A stretch of DNA of 38,413 nucleotides from Burkholderiaceae bacterium (lineage in GTDB: Bacteria > Pseudomonadota > Gammaproteobacteria > Burkholderiales > Burkholderiaceae_C). Below are positions 1-8,725 of this stretch, one piece after another; positions within the stretch are counted from its first letter, which is position 1; the number at the start of each line of letters is the position of its first letter. Position numbers and translations under genes: made by a program. Below the pieces are notes generated by a model. It saw only the letters and a program-made list of their open reading frames with translations. It had not been told where the DNA came from and ran no database searches. The stretch lies in NCBI GenBank assembly GCA_036405035.1, contig DASWYJ010000031.1, positions 1-38,413 of the forward strand. Direction: 5' to 3'.

Positions 1-1
1 C

Positions 2-769
2 GTGGGGCGGTCGTCCCTTCCCGAGGCAGAAGAGTCGGAAGTAACACGATCCCTGACCGATCCGCGGGAACTGCGCCGTGTCCTCTCGACGCACAACAAG
101 GGCATGCGTCCTGCCGAGATTGAACGCATGGTGTCCACCCTTCTGGCCGAGCGGGAGCTGGGGCGCTCGCTGGAGGCGATCCGCCAGACGGGTGCTACGG
201 TCAATTACACCGGCATGGATGTGCGGAAAGACCGGGAATTTGCCAGTTTTGTGGAGGCGTTGTACCAGCGGCACGGCCGCATCGATGCGGTATTCCATGG
301 TGCCGGTGTCATCGAGGACAAACTGGCCCGAGACAAGAGTTTTGACAGTTTCTCCCGGGTTTTTGATACCAAGGTCAAGCCGGCTCTCGTGTTGTCGGAC
401 TGCATCCGGGACGACGTCAAGTGGGTGGTGTTCTTCTCCAGCGTGGCATCGGTTTTTGGCAACCGTGGGCAGAGCGACTATGCCGCAGCGAATGATGTAC
501 TGGACCGGCTTGCGCGGGGGTGGAACACCCGTCTGCAGGGTGCTGGAAAGGTGCTGGCCGTCAATTGGGGGCCGTGGGCGGGTACGGGGATGGTGTCGGA
601 ATCCCTCGAAAAGGAATATGCCCGGAAGGGGGTCGGGTTGATTCCGCTGGAGCAAGGCGTTTCGGCGCTGCTGGATGAGCTGCGTTTCGGCCAGGATGCG
701 CAATGCGTGCTGATGTGCGGAGCACCGGATGCCTTCGCCGGCAAAGCGGGAGTCGCTGCGGCGGTGTGA
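2..769 (+). CDS. C-terminal ketoreductase (KR) domain of a type I PKS / PUFA-synthase-like protein; 5-prime end lies outside the window
   Basis: The frame is open from the window edge; the M at position 2 is only the first in-frame GTG. SDR/KR signature FSSVASVFGNRGQSDYAAAN is followed by VNWGPWAGTGM, as in PKS KR domains. Stop at 767-769, 5 nt before the next PKS gene. Confidence 0.8.
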   Translation: MGRSSLPEAEESEVTRSLTDPRELRRVLSTHNKGMRPAEIERMVSTLLAERELGRSLEAIRQTGATVNYTGMDVRKDREFASFVEALYQRHGRIDAVFHGAGVIEDKLARDKSFDSFSRVFDTKVKPALVLSDCIRDDVKWVVFFSSVASVFGNRGQSDYAAANDVLDRLARGWNTRLQGAGKVLAVNWGPWAGTGMVSESLEKEYARKGVGLIPLEQGVSALLDELRFGQDAQCVLMCGAPDAFAGKAGVAAAV

Positions 770-774
770 CGCGA

Positions 775-3700
775 ATGGACCGGATTGCAATCATCGGGAT
801 GTCGTGCCTGTTCCCGGGCGCTCCCACATTGGCAGATTACTGGGCCAACATCGTCGGCGGCGTTGACGCCATCTCCGAGGTGCCGAGTGCGCGGTGGGAT
901 GCGTCGTTCTATGAACCCGACTCGCGCGCGGTCGATAGGTTCTACTGTCGGCGCGGTGGCTTCATCGACGATATTGCATCCTTCGATCCGGTCACATTCG
1001 GGGTGATGCCGAAGGCGGCGGACGCTGCCGAACCCGATCAGTTGCTGATGCTGAAGATCGGCCTGGAAGCCCTTCGGGACGCGGGATACCAGAACCGGGA
1101 GTTTGCCCGGCAGCGCACGGGCGTGGTCATCGGCCGTGGCAACTACATCACGGCCGGTGGCGCGCGGCTGGCCCAGCATGTCCGTGTCATTCCCCAGGTG
1201 CTGCTGACCCTCGGTGAACTGTTTCCAGACCTGGGCGCTTCGGCACTGGCACAGGTCAAGGAACGGCTGCTGAGCCAGCTCGACTATTTCGGCCCTGATG
1301 TCGCGGCAGGGATGATCCCGAACCTGGTGGCATCCCGTTTGGCCAACAAGCTGGATCTGCGGGGCCCCGCGTTTACCGTGGACGCGGCCTGCGCAAGCTC
1401 GTTGATTGCGCTGGAACATGCCTGCACCGCGCTACGGTCCGGGCAAACCGACATGATGATGGTTGGTGGCGTCCACGTGTGCCATGACCTGACCTTCTGG
1501 GCAACGTTCTGTCAGCTTGGCGCCTTGTCAAGAACGGGCGTCATCCGGCCGTTCTCTCGGCAGGCGGATGGCATTCTGGCGGGGGAAGGCATCGGCATGG
1601 TGGTGCTGAAGCGACTGGATGACGCGGTGGCGTCGGGCGATCGCATCTATGCCGTCATCGAAGGGGTTGGCTCCGCCAGCGATGGGCGCAGTGGCAGCCT
1701 GATTGCGCCCTCTGCTGACGGACAATTTCTCGCCTTGGAGCGCGCCTGGGCCGGGCTGCCTTTTGCGCCACAGGCAATCGGGTTGCTTGAAGCGCATGGA
1801 ACCGGCACGCCTGCCGGGGATGAGGCCGAGCTGGAAACGGTTGCGCGGTTCTTTGGCCCAACCCGCGGGCCGGCAGAGCGTGCTGTCATGGGCTCGGTCA
1901 AATCCATGATTGGCCACACGATGCCTGCAGCGGGTATTGCCGGCTTGATCAAGGGGGCACTGGCGGTGCACCACGGTGTGCTGCCGCCTTCGCTGCATTG
2001 CGGAGAGCCCCATCCGGGCATGGACCGCACCTGCTTCAGGGTGCTCGGTGAGGCGCGGCCATGGGAAGCGGAGCGAACCGAGCGTATCGCCGGAGTCAAT
2101 GCGTTTGGTTTTGGGGGCATCAACGCCCATGTGGTCATCCGGGGGCATGCCATGCCTGTCATGCCGACACACCGGATCACCAGTCCGGTGCCTGGACTTC
2201 CCCGCGTCATGGCGCTCAGCGCCGACACCCCCGGGCAACTGCTGGAGCGTCTTGCCGCAGGGCAGCGCAACACCGACCCCGGAAACGGTGCCTGTCGCAT
2301 CGCCATTGTTGATCCGGACAGCCGGAAGCTCGAACTGGCGCGCAAGATCATCACCGCCGGACAACCGTGGCATGGACGCAGCGACATGTACTTCACCACG
2401 GGTGGATTGGCCGCGGCGGGTGGAAAAGTCGCTCTGCTGTTCCCGGGCATTGACAGCAGCTTTGCACCGCAAACAGAAGGATTGGCTGCAGCGTTTGGCC
2501 ATCCGGTACCGGAGCACATCCATCAGTCCCACCCATCGGATGGCCTGTTGGGTACGGCATTGGGGGTGCTGGAATTCAACCGGTATCTGTTTGGCATATT
2601 GCAGGACCTGAAGATCCAGCCAGATGCCATTGCAGGTCACAGCATTGGCGAATGGAGCGCCATGCATGCGTCCGGCATGATGATCGGCGAAGGCCTGGAG
2701 GACCGGATTGGTGCCTCCATTGCGGGCAATGCCATCGCGTTTCCAGATGTTCTTTTTCTGGCTGCAGGATGCGATGTACACCGGATGCAGCAGGCGATGC
2801 ACGGCCTCGCCGAGATTTCCGTTTCGCATGAGAACTGCCCACACCAGGCCATTGCATGCGGGCGCAAAAGCAGTATCGAAACCCTGGCATCCCGTTTGCG
2901 GGAGTCGGCCGTTTTTTGCGAAGTGCTTCCCTTCGTGTCAGGTTTCCACTCGCCGTTGTTCAACGAGCATCTCGGGGTGTACCGGGAGTTCTTTGGTGCG
3001 GTGGGGCTCAGCACCCCCCGGACGCCGGTCTGGTCGGCCACGACGGCAACCCCATATCCCGATCACCCCGATGCCGTACGTGACCTGGCGATCGACCATC
3101 TGCTACAGCCCGTACGGTTTCATGCACTGATCGACGCCATGTACGCGGCAGGATGCCGGGTGTTCATCCAGGCAGGCACGGGGTCTCTGGTCGGATTCAT
3201 CGGCGACATCCTGAAAGGGCGACCGCATGTGGCCCTGCATGCCAACCAGGCCAAGCGGAGTGCCGTCGCGCAGCTAACCCATATGAGCGCTGCACTGTGG
3301 GTTGAGGGCCTCGCATTCGATGCCGCGTTGCTGGGAATAGCCAATGCGCTTCCCGGTGCGAGGGATGTGCCACCGGCCGCTGTACCGGAGCGGAAGGGCA
3401 AGTTGCTGGCGCTGGGCGTGCCCTTGGTGCAACTGGGTGCAGGCCTGGATCTGGGCACAGTATCCACGGCAGGGTCGGCCAGGCAACTGGCCGAGCAGGC
3501 GGCGGATCCCGTGCAGCGCATGGTGTTTCATACCATTGCAGAGATCGAGCGTGCCACGCGTGAGGTCTCCCAGTTGTTTGCCCAGCATCAATCCGGAGTG
3601 GGGTCCCGCCATGCCGGCCCAACAGCAGATGCAAGCCGAACTGCGCAACCGGCCCGTGCGGCGGCGGCGCCCGTTCCACCGTCCGGCATCCAGCGCCGTA

Positions 3701-5238
3701 TCCGTCGGGTACTCGACCTCGACACCACGATTCCCTACGTGCGGGACCATGCCCTGCACCCCCAGCGCGAGGGATGGCCGATCATTGCCGACCGCTATCC
3801 TGTTGTCCCCATGACGATGGAGGTCATGCTCGTGCGGGAGGCCGTCGAGGAAACGCTGCCCGGATATGTCGTCGTGGAAGTGCGCGAAATACAGGCGTAC
3901 AGATGGCTCATGGTATCGACACCGTGCAACGTGGACATCGTTGTGCAGTCGCTCGGCACCCATCTGCTGCGGGTCGATATCGAGGGGTATTTCCGGGCGC
4001 AGGTGGAGATTGCCGCAGCATATGCGGCACCTGCTGCCCCCCACGCAGAAGAGCCGCTTGCCGGCCATCGGGAAACCGCAATATCGGCCCAGGCTCTGTA
4101 CCAGGACAACTGGATGTTCCATGGTCCCGCCTACCAAGGGGTGGAGCGGTTCCTGGGTATTGGATCCAATGGCATCGATGGCGATATCCGGGTCCCGGAC
4201 GGCAAGGGGGCGCTGCTCGACAATATGGGGCAACTGGCGGGCTACTGGGTAATGGAACAGCCAGACAATTGCCTCGCCATGCCCATTGGTGTGGGGAAGA
4301 TCCGGTTCCACGGGCCTGACCCGTTGCCTGGTCAGCGCGTCACCAACAAGGTCAGGGTCCGGCAGCTGGATGCGGATACCTGCATCACCGACCACGTGCT
4401 GCGGGATGTTGACGGCAAGGCCAGCATCTCCATCGAAGGGTGGGCGACGCGGCGCTACCGGATGGACCGCAGCATGTGGGCGAACAGCCGGCAATTGCCC
4501 ATCTCCAGGTTTTCGCAGCCACTCACGGATGGTGTGATGGTTTTCAACGATGTCCACGACACGGCGATCATGCGGGATCATCTGGCGTGCCGTTACCTCT
4601 CGCAACCGGAAGTGCTGGTGTACGAACAGTTGCCACCACGGCGCAAGCGTCAGTGGCTCAGTGGGCGTGTTGCGGCCAAGGATGCCGTGCGCGACTTCCT
4701 GGCATCCAGCCAGGGGGTTCTGCGCGTTTTTCCGAAAGAAATGCGGATAGAAAACGATGCTGCGGGCGCCCCCCGGGTTGTGGCCCACGTCACCAACACC
4801 GTTCCATCCCATCTCCGGCTGTCGATTGCCCATAAGGCGGGTATCGCCGTCGCATTGGCATCGGATGGTGCGGTAGGTGTCGATGTCGAGGTGATCGAAC
4901 CGCGTCCCGACAGCTTTGTGGCCATGGTCTGCTCGGAGGCGGAGTGGCGTCTGCTGGATGGCGATGATCGGGATACCGCGGCTACCCGTGCCTGGGTTGC
5001 CAAGGAAGCGGTTGCGAAATCACTGGAAATCGGCATGGGCGCCAACCTGCGCAGCCTGGTGGTCGAGGCGGTGGATGGACCACGCGTCAAGATCGGACGG
5101 CACTGGGTTCACACCGCGCGGGTAGGCCAACATATTGTGGGCTGGACGCAGGAACATGACGCCGTCGGCACGACAATACGGGCCCCGGTTCTGCGCACCC
5201 AGGAGGGGATTGCGCACCAAGAAAAACAAGGAAGTTGA
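775..5238 (+). CDS. Type I polyketide synthase, domain order KS-AT-DH-PPTase (about 1487 aa)
   Basis: Start set at ATG 775 (MDRIAIIGMSCLFPGAP, a canonical KS N-terminus) rather than track start 703, which overlaps the upstream gene. KS ~775-2140: DAACASS (Cys codon 1390-1392), EAHGTGT, GSVKSMIGHT, NAFGFGGINAHVVI. AT ~2420-3260: LLFPGIDSSF, GHSIGEW (Ser codon 2641-2643), VSGFHSPLF. PKS-type DH ~3690-4470: VRDHALHP (His codon 3748-3750), FHGPAYQGV, LLDNMGQLAGYW. C-terminal 4-phosphopantetheinyl transferase ~4540-5110: VGVDVEVIE and WVAKEAVAKS motifs. No ACP, KR or ER motif seen inside this ORF. Confidence 0.9.
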   Translation: MDRIAIIGMSCLFPGAPTLADYWANIVGGVDAISEVPSARWDASFYEPDSRAVDRFYCRRGGFIDDIASFDPVTFGVMPKAADAAEPDQLLMLKIGLEALRDAGYQNREFARQRTGVVIGRGNYITAGGARLAQHVRVIPQVLLTLGELFPDLGASALAQVKERLLSQLDYFGPDVAAGMIPNLVASRLANKLDLRGPAFTVDAACASSLIALEHACTALRSGQTDMMMVGGVHVCHDLTFWATFCQLGALSRTGVIRPFSRQADGILAGEGIGMVVLKRLDDAVASGDRIYAVIEGVGSASDGRSGSLIAPSADGQFLALERAWAGLPFAPQAIGLLEAHGTGTPAGDEAELETVARFFGPTRGPAERAVMGSVKSMIGHTMPAAGIAGLIKGALAVHHGVLPPSLHCGEPHPGMDRTCFRVLGEARPWEAERTERIAGVNAFGFGGINAHVVIRGHAMPVMPTHRITSPVPGLPRVMALSADTPGQLLERLAAGQRNTDPGNGACRIAIVDPDSRKLELARKIITAGQPWHGRSDMYFTTGGLAAAGGKVALLFPGIDSSFAPQTEGLAAAFGHPVPEHIHQSHPSDGLLGTALGVLEFNRYLFGILQDLKIQPDAIAGHSIGEWSAMHASGMMIGEGLEDRIGASIAGNAIAFPDVLFLAAGCDVHRMQQAMHGLAEISVSHENCPHQAIACGRKSSIETLASRLRESAVFCEVLPFVSGFHSPLFNEHLGVYREFFGAVGLSTPRTPVWSATTATPYPDHPDAVRDLAIDHLLQPVRFHALIDAMYAAGCRVFIQAGTGSLVGFIGDILKGRPHVALHANQAKRSAVAQLTHMSAALWVEGLAFDAALLGIANALPGARDVPPAAVPERKGKLLALGVPLVQLGAGLDLGTVSTAGSARQLAEQAADPVQRMVFHTIAEIERATREVSQLFAQHQSGVGSRHAGPTADASRTAQPARAAAAPVPPSGIQRRIRRVLDLDTTIPYVRDHALHPQREGWPIIADRYPVVPMTMEVMLVREAVEETLPGYVVVEVREIQAYRWLMVSTPCNVDIVVQSLGTHLLRVDIEGYFRAQVEIAAAYAAPAAPHAEEPLAGHRETAISAQALYQDNWMFHGPAYQGVERFLGIGSNGIDGDIRVPDGKGALLDNMGQLAGYWVMEQPDNCLAMPIGVGKIRFHGPDPLPGQRVTNKVRVRQLDADTCITDHVLRDVDGKASISIEGWATRRYRMDRSMWANSRQLPISRFSQPLTDGVMVFNDVHDTAIMRDHLACRYLSQPEVLVYEQLPPRRKRQWLSGRVAAKDAVRDFLASSQGVLRVFPKEMRIENDAAGAPRVVAHVTNTVPSHLRLSIAHKAGIAVALASDGAVGVDVEVIEPRPDSFVAMVCSEAEWRLLDGDDRDTAATRAWVAKEAVAKSLEIGMGANLRSLVVEAVDGPRVKIGRHWVHTARVGQHIVGWTQEHDAVGTTIRAPVLRTQEGIAHQEKQGS

Positions 5239-5520
5239 ATGAATTCGCAATATGACAACACGTTGGCCACGGTTGTTTCGACCATTCGCACGGCAATCGA
5301 CGAAGACTGGATTCACGATTGGGATATCCATGCGGAAACCCGCTTGAGCAGTGACCTCGAACTCGACAGCATTGAATTTGTCAAGATTGCCGATGCGCTG
5401 CAGGTGCATTACGGGGCACGCATCAACATGGTGCAGTGGTTGTCGGGGAAGAACATGGATGAACTCATCAACATGACCGTTGGTGATATCGCGGCATTCA
5501 TTGCATCCGCAGCAAGCTAG
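5239..5520 (+). CDS. Discrete acyl carrier protein (93 aa)
   Basis: ATG immediately follows the PKS stop (TGA 5236-5238). Carrier-protein attachment motif DLELDSIEFVKIADAL (DSI/L serine), with size and helical pattern typical of an ACP. Confidence 0.85.
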   Translation: MNSQYDNTLATVVSTIRTAIDEDWIHDWDIHAETRLSSDLELDSIEFVKIADALQVHYGARINMVQWLSGKNMDELINMTVGDIAAFIASAAS

Positions 5521-5528
5521 AGCGTCCG

Positions 5529-6686
5529 GTGGCGAGAGTCCTGTTTGTTGTTCCCCCGCTGGTCGGCCATCTGAATCCGGCGCTGGCGGTTGCTTCCGTG
5601 CTGGAGGCCGCAGGGCACACGGTTGCGTGGTGTGTTCATGCGGAGATCATCGGTGACCGGCTCCCGCGTGGGGCAACCGTGTTTCCCATCCGCAGCGTAG
5701 CCGGGGTGGATTTCATCGCGCGCTCATCGGATTTGCGTGGTCTGGAGAGCGTTCGCTTCTTTCTGGACGAGTTCGTGATGCCCATGGCGAGCGATTCCCT
5801 GTCCGTGATCGAGCGCGCAGTGGACGGATTTCTCCCGGATCTGATGGTGGTCGACCACCAGATGGTTGCCGGGGCACTGGTCGCACGCAAGCGTGAGCTG
5901 CCCTGGTTGTCACTGGTCACGACCACGGCATCCATACTGAAACTTCTGCCATCCCACGACGCTTGGGTCGAGGCGCAATATGGGCGCCTGCAGCAGGGAT
6001 ATCTGCCCCCGTCGCGGATCGTGGCCCGGCCTGATTTCTCTCCCGATGCGGTGGTGGTCTTCTCCGTCGACATGCTGGTCGGGGACGCCTATGAGCGGTT
6101 TGACGCTCCCTATGTCTTCGTGGGGCCGTCTGGCGGCGTAGGGCAGCGCGATGTGGCATTTCCCTGGGAATGGCTGGAGCCCGGCCGGAAGAAGCTGCTC
6201 GTGACGCTCGGCACCTTGAGCCGTGATCGTGAAACACGATTCTTTGATGTGGTGGCTGCCGCCCTGGCCGAACTGGATATCCAGGCCGTTTTTGTGGCAC
6301 CGGAGTCGATGATCGGGCGGGTGCCTGCCAATGTACTGGTGCGGTCTTACGTGCCCCAGCATGCATTGCTGCCGCACATGGATGGCGTGATCTGCCATGC
6401 GGGACACAATACCGTGTGTGAAAGCCTCGCAGCCGGATTGCCGCTGATCGTGGCGCCCATACGGGATGACCAGCCCATCGTGGCCCGGCAAGTGGCCCGG
6501 GCCGGTGTGGCAATCCCCGTACGCTACGGCAAGGTTACGCCTGTCGGAGCAAAAAAAGCCATCGAGCAACTGGTCGGTGATCAGGAGATGGCCCGGAAAG
6601 CGCGTGCGGTGGCCCGCCAGTTTGCGGACGCCCCCGGTCCGCATGGCGTGTTGCCGATCGTGGATCGGTTGTGTGTGCCCGTTTGA
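5529..6686 (+). CDS. GT1-family (MGT / UDP-glycosyltransferase-like) glycosyltransferase
   Basis: GTG start giving MARVLFVVPPLVGHLNPALAVA, a typical GT-B N-terminus. C-terminal nucleotide-sugar binding signature HAGHNTVCESLAAGLPLIVAPIRDDQP. Confidence 0.85.
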   Translation: MARVLFVVPPLVGHLNPALAVASVLEAAGHTVAWCVHAEIIGDRLPRGATVFPIRSVAGVDFIARSSDLRGLESVRFFLDEFVMPMASDSLSVIERAVDGFLPDLMVVDHQMVAGALVARKRELPWLSLVTTTASILKLLPSHDAWVEAQYGRLQQGYLPPSRIVARPDFSPDAVVVFSVDMLVGDAYERFDAPYVFVGPSGGVGQRDVAFPWEWLEPGRKKLLVTLGTLSRDRETRFFDVVAAALAELDIQAVFVAPESMIGRVPANVLVRSYVPQHALLPHMDGVICHAGHNTVCESLAAGLPLIVAPIRDDQPIVARQVARAGVAIPVRYGKVTPVGAKKAIEQLVGDQEMARKARAVARQFADAPGPHGVLPIVDRLCVPV

Positions 6687-6701
6687 TGTGGTGAGATCCG
6701 G

Positions 6702-7496
6702 ATGAAAATGATCGATGTCGACGGGGCCCGGCTGGCTTCGCTGGAAATGGGGAGTGGCCGCACTACGGTGTTTGTCCATGGGCTGGCCTTTGGCAGCATG
6801 GCGCTGTGGTACATGACCGGTGTGACGGCGCTGTCGGATGCACGCCGTATCGTGCTGTATGACCAGCGGGGGCATGGCAACAGCAGCGAGGCTGCGGCCG
6901 GATTCGATCTGGATACGCAGGCAAACGATCTCGATGCCGTGGTACGCAGCTATGTAGGGGACGATGAAACCATTGACCTCGTCGGGCACAGCATGGGCGG
7001 CTTGATCGCAATGCACTATGCCATGCGGTGGCCCGAAAAGGTTCGCCGCTGCGTGGTGGTGGATGCCGGTGTACCGGCGTCCCAGTACATGCTTCCGGGT
7101 TTGCAGGCAATACAGTCTGAAGACGCCCTGAATGCTTACCTGGACAGCCCGTACAGCATCAGCCCGGGCCTGGGGGGGCGCCGCCGGGAACGCGTGTTCC
7201 AGCGGCTCAAAGGCCTGTTTTTTGAGTCAACGATGATCCAGGATGTGGCTGCGATGCAGACCCCTCCGCCCGAAGACATGACACGCCTGCGTATGCCCGT
7301 GCTGCTGGTATACGGCCGGACATCGCCTTTCATTCCCGCAGCCCATTTTCTGCTGGAGCATCTCCCTTGTGCGCAGTTGGCGCTCCTGGAGTGTGGGCAC
7401 CGGATAACGCGCGAGGCACCGGCTGCCCTGTTCGCCGAAATCGGGCGCTTTCTGCAGCCGGCGGCGGCGGTGGATGCATCCGCCGCGCGCACGTGA
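6702..7496 (+). CDS. Alpha/beta-fold hydrolase (possible thioesterase/esterase)
   Basis: VFVHGLAFGS oxyanion region, nucleophile elbow GHSMGG, C-terminal His in ECGHRITREAP. Sits 15 nt after the GT gene. Confidence 0.8.
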   Translation: MKMIDVDGARLASLEMGSGRTTVFVHGLAFGSMALWYMTGVTALSDARRIVLYDQRGHGNSSEAAAGFDLDTQANDLDAVVRSYVGDDETIDLVGHSMGGLIAMHYAMRWPEKVRRCVVVDAGVPASQYMLPGLQAIQSEDALNAYLDSPYSISPGLGGRRRERVFQRLKGLFFESTMIQDVAAMQTPPPEDMTRLRMPVLLVYGRTSPFIPAAHFLLEHLPCAQLALLECGHRITREAPAALFAEIGRFLQPAAAVDASAART

Positions 7497-7498
7497 CG

Positions 7499-8725
7499 AT
7501 GCAGACATCCATGGCAACGGTTGCACAACCTGTGTATTCACGGCCGCTGTCTGGCATCGAGCGGTATTCGCTCATGTTCCATGCGGTGTGCCGTTACCAC
7601 GTGGATGCCATTTTGCAGGGGCAGGGTGATCTGAGCGCCGCCGAATTGCGCATGGCCGTGGCAACTGCCGCAGAGGCCAATCCGGGGGTTCGGGTCCGCT
7701 TGCGGGGCATTCTGGGCTGGGCGCGTTGGGTGGACAGTGGCATCGCTCCCGTCGTGCATGTGGTCGAATCGAGCAACTGGACAGGTTCCAGCGGGGAAGG
7801 GGCAGACTTTCTGTCCACCGCGCTGGACGCGATACGAGGGGGGCCGGTTGCCGATCTGTTTCTTGTCCGCTGTGCGGATCAGCAGTTGCGCATTGTTTTC
7901 CGAAGTGTGCATGCGGCGATTGACGGCCGCGGGATCATGCACTGGATCCAGGACATCTTCCGTGTCTTGCGGGGCGACCCTCCTATTGGTTCCCACTCGA
8001 CACTGACCGACGGCGATGTCCAGGCCCGTTACCGTGACCGCCTGCAGCACAGCGGCTTCACGCCGTTGCCGCCGGCCGACACCATTCCGGTTATTTCAGC
8101 AGGAACAGCGACCGGGCCGCTGGACTACATCTGGCGGCGTGTTGTGCTGCCTAAAAGTCCATCGGGTCTGCTGGCACGGAGCGCCGTTTTTCTTGCGCAA
8201 TGGGCAAGGCAATCCGGGCCGGGGGAGGTCCGGTTTACGATTCCTGTGGACTACCGGGGCTTGCGAACGGATGAAATGGGCGTTGGCAATCTCACCGGAT
8301 TCCTGAAGTTGTGCGTGGAGCCCACGGACACGCATCGCAGCCTGACGCTTCGCCTGAGTCAGCTGGTGAAAGCCTATGCCGATTGTTACCAATCCCGCGA
8401 GATTCCCGTGATACGGTGGCTGCCGCTGCGGTTTCTCGTATCCAAGCTGCGGGAGCGCCTGAATACCCTGTTGTTCAAGCTGAACCACGACATGCCCAGT
8501 GGCGGTATTGTGTCGATGGGTTCACCCGACATGGCCCGCTATTCGTGTGCGGGTTTTCGGGCGGAATATCTGTACGGAATCCCCGGCTTCGTGGGGAAAC
8601 TGAATGTCGTATTTCTTTCCTATGCCGATTTTGCTGTGGTGACATTTGCCGCTCCGGCCGCATACAACGACCAAAAGCAGTTCGACGCCCTGATCCACGC
8701 TTATGAGGCCCATTTTTCATCATGA
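7499..8725 (+). CDS. Stand-alone condensation-domain-like (HxxxDG) acyltransferase, paralog 1
   Basis: Start set at ATG 7499, 2 nt after the hydrolase stop (track start 7367 overlaps the hydrolase). Catalytic-type motif VHAAIDGRG (His codon 7910-7912), as in NRPS C domains and the PapA5 / WS-DGAT acyltransferases. Clearly paralogous to 13027-14262. Confidence 0.65.
   Translation: MQTSMATVAQPVYSRPLSGIERYSLMFHAVCRYHVDAILQGQGDLSAAELRMAVATAAEANPGVRVRLRGILGWARWVDSGIAPVVHVVESSNWTGSSGEGADFLSTALDAIRGGPVADLFLVRCADQQLRIVFRSVHAAIDGRGIMHWIQDIFRVLRGDPPIGSHSTLTDGDVQARYRDRLQHSGFTPLPPADTIPVISAGTATGPLDYIWRRVVLPKSPSGLLARSAVFLAQWARQSGPGEVRFTIPVDYRGLRTDEMGVGNLTGFLKLCVEPTDTHRSLTLRLSQLVKAYADCYQSREIPVIRWLPLRFLVSKLRERLNTLLFKLNHDMPSGGIVSMGSPDMARYSCAGFRAEYLYGIPGFVGKLNVVFLSYADFAVVTFAAPAAYNDQKQFDALIHAYEAHFSS

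Noticed and set aside
703-774. N-terminal extensions proposed by the ORF track (703 for the PKS; likewise 7367, 9923, 10551, 12796, 16065, 18185, 20059, 22271, 28594, 30300, 31264, 32308)
   Set aside because: The extensions overlap the preceding gene or run through intergenic DNA, and some start at GTG/TTG. They also add Arg/Pro-rich sequence ahead of canonical N-termini or signal peptides. Internal ATGs with better context were used instead.
1528-7016. Minus-strand ORFs inside the cluster (1528-2844, 3274-4833, 5910-7016)
   Set aside because: All are antisense to plus-strand genes with strong domain signatures (KS/AT, DH/PPTase, GT/hydrolase). They are Arg/His/Pro-rich and show no coupling or RBS logic.
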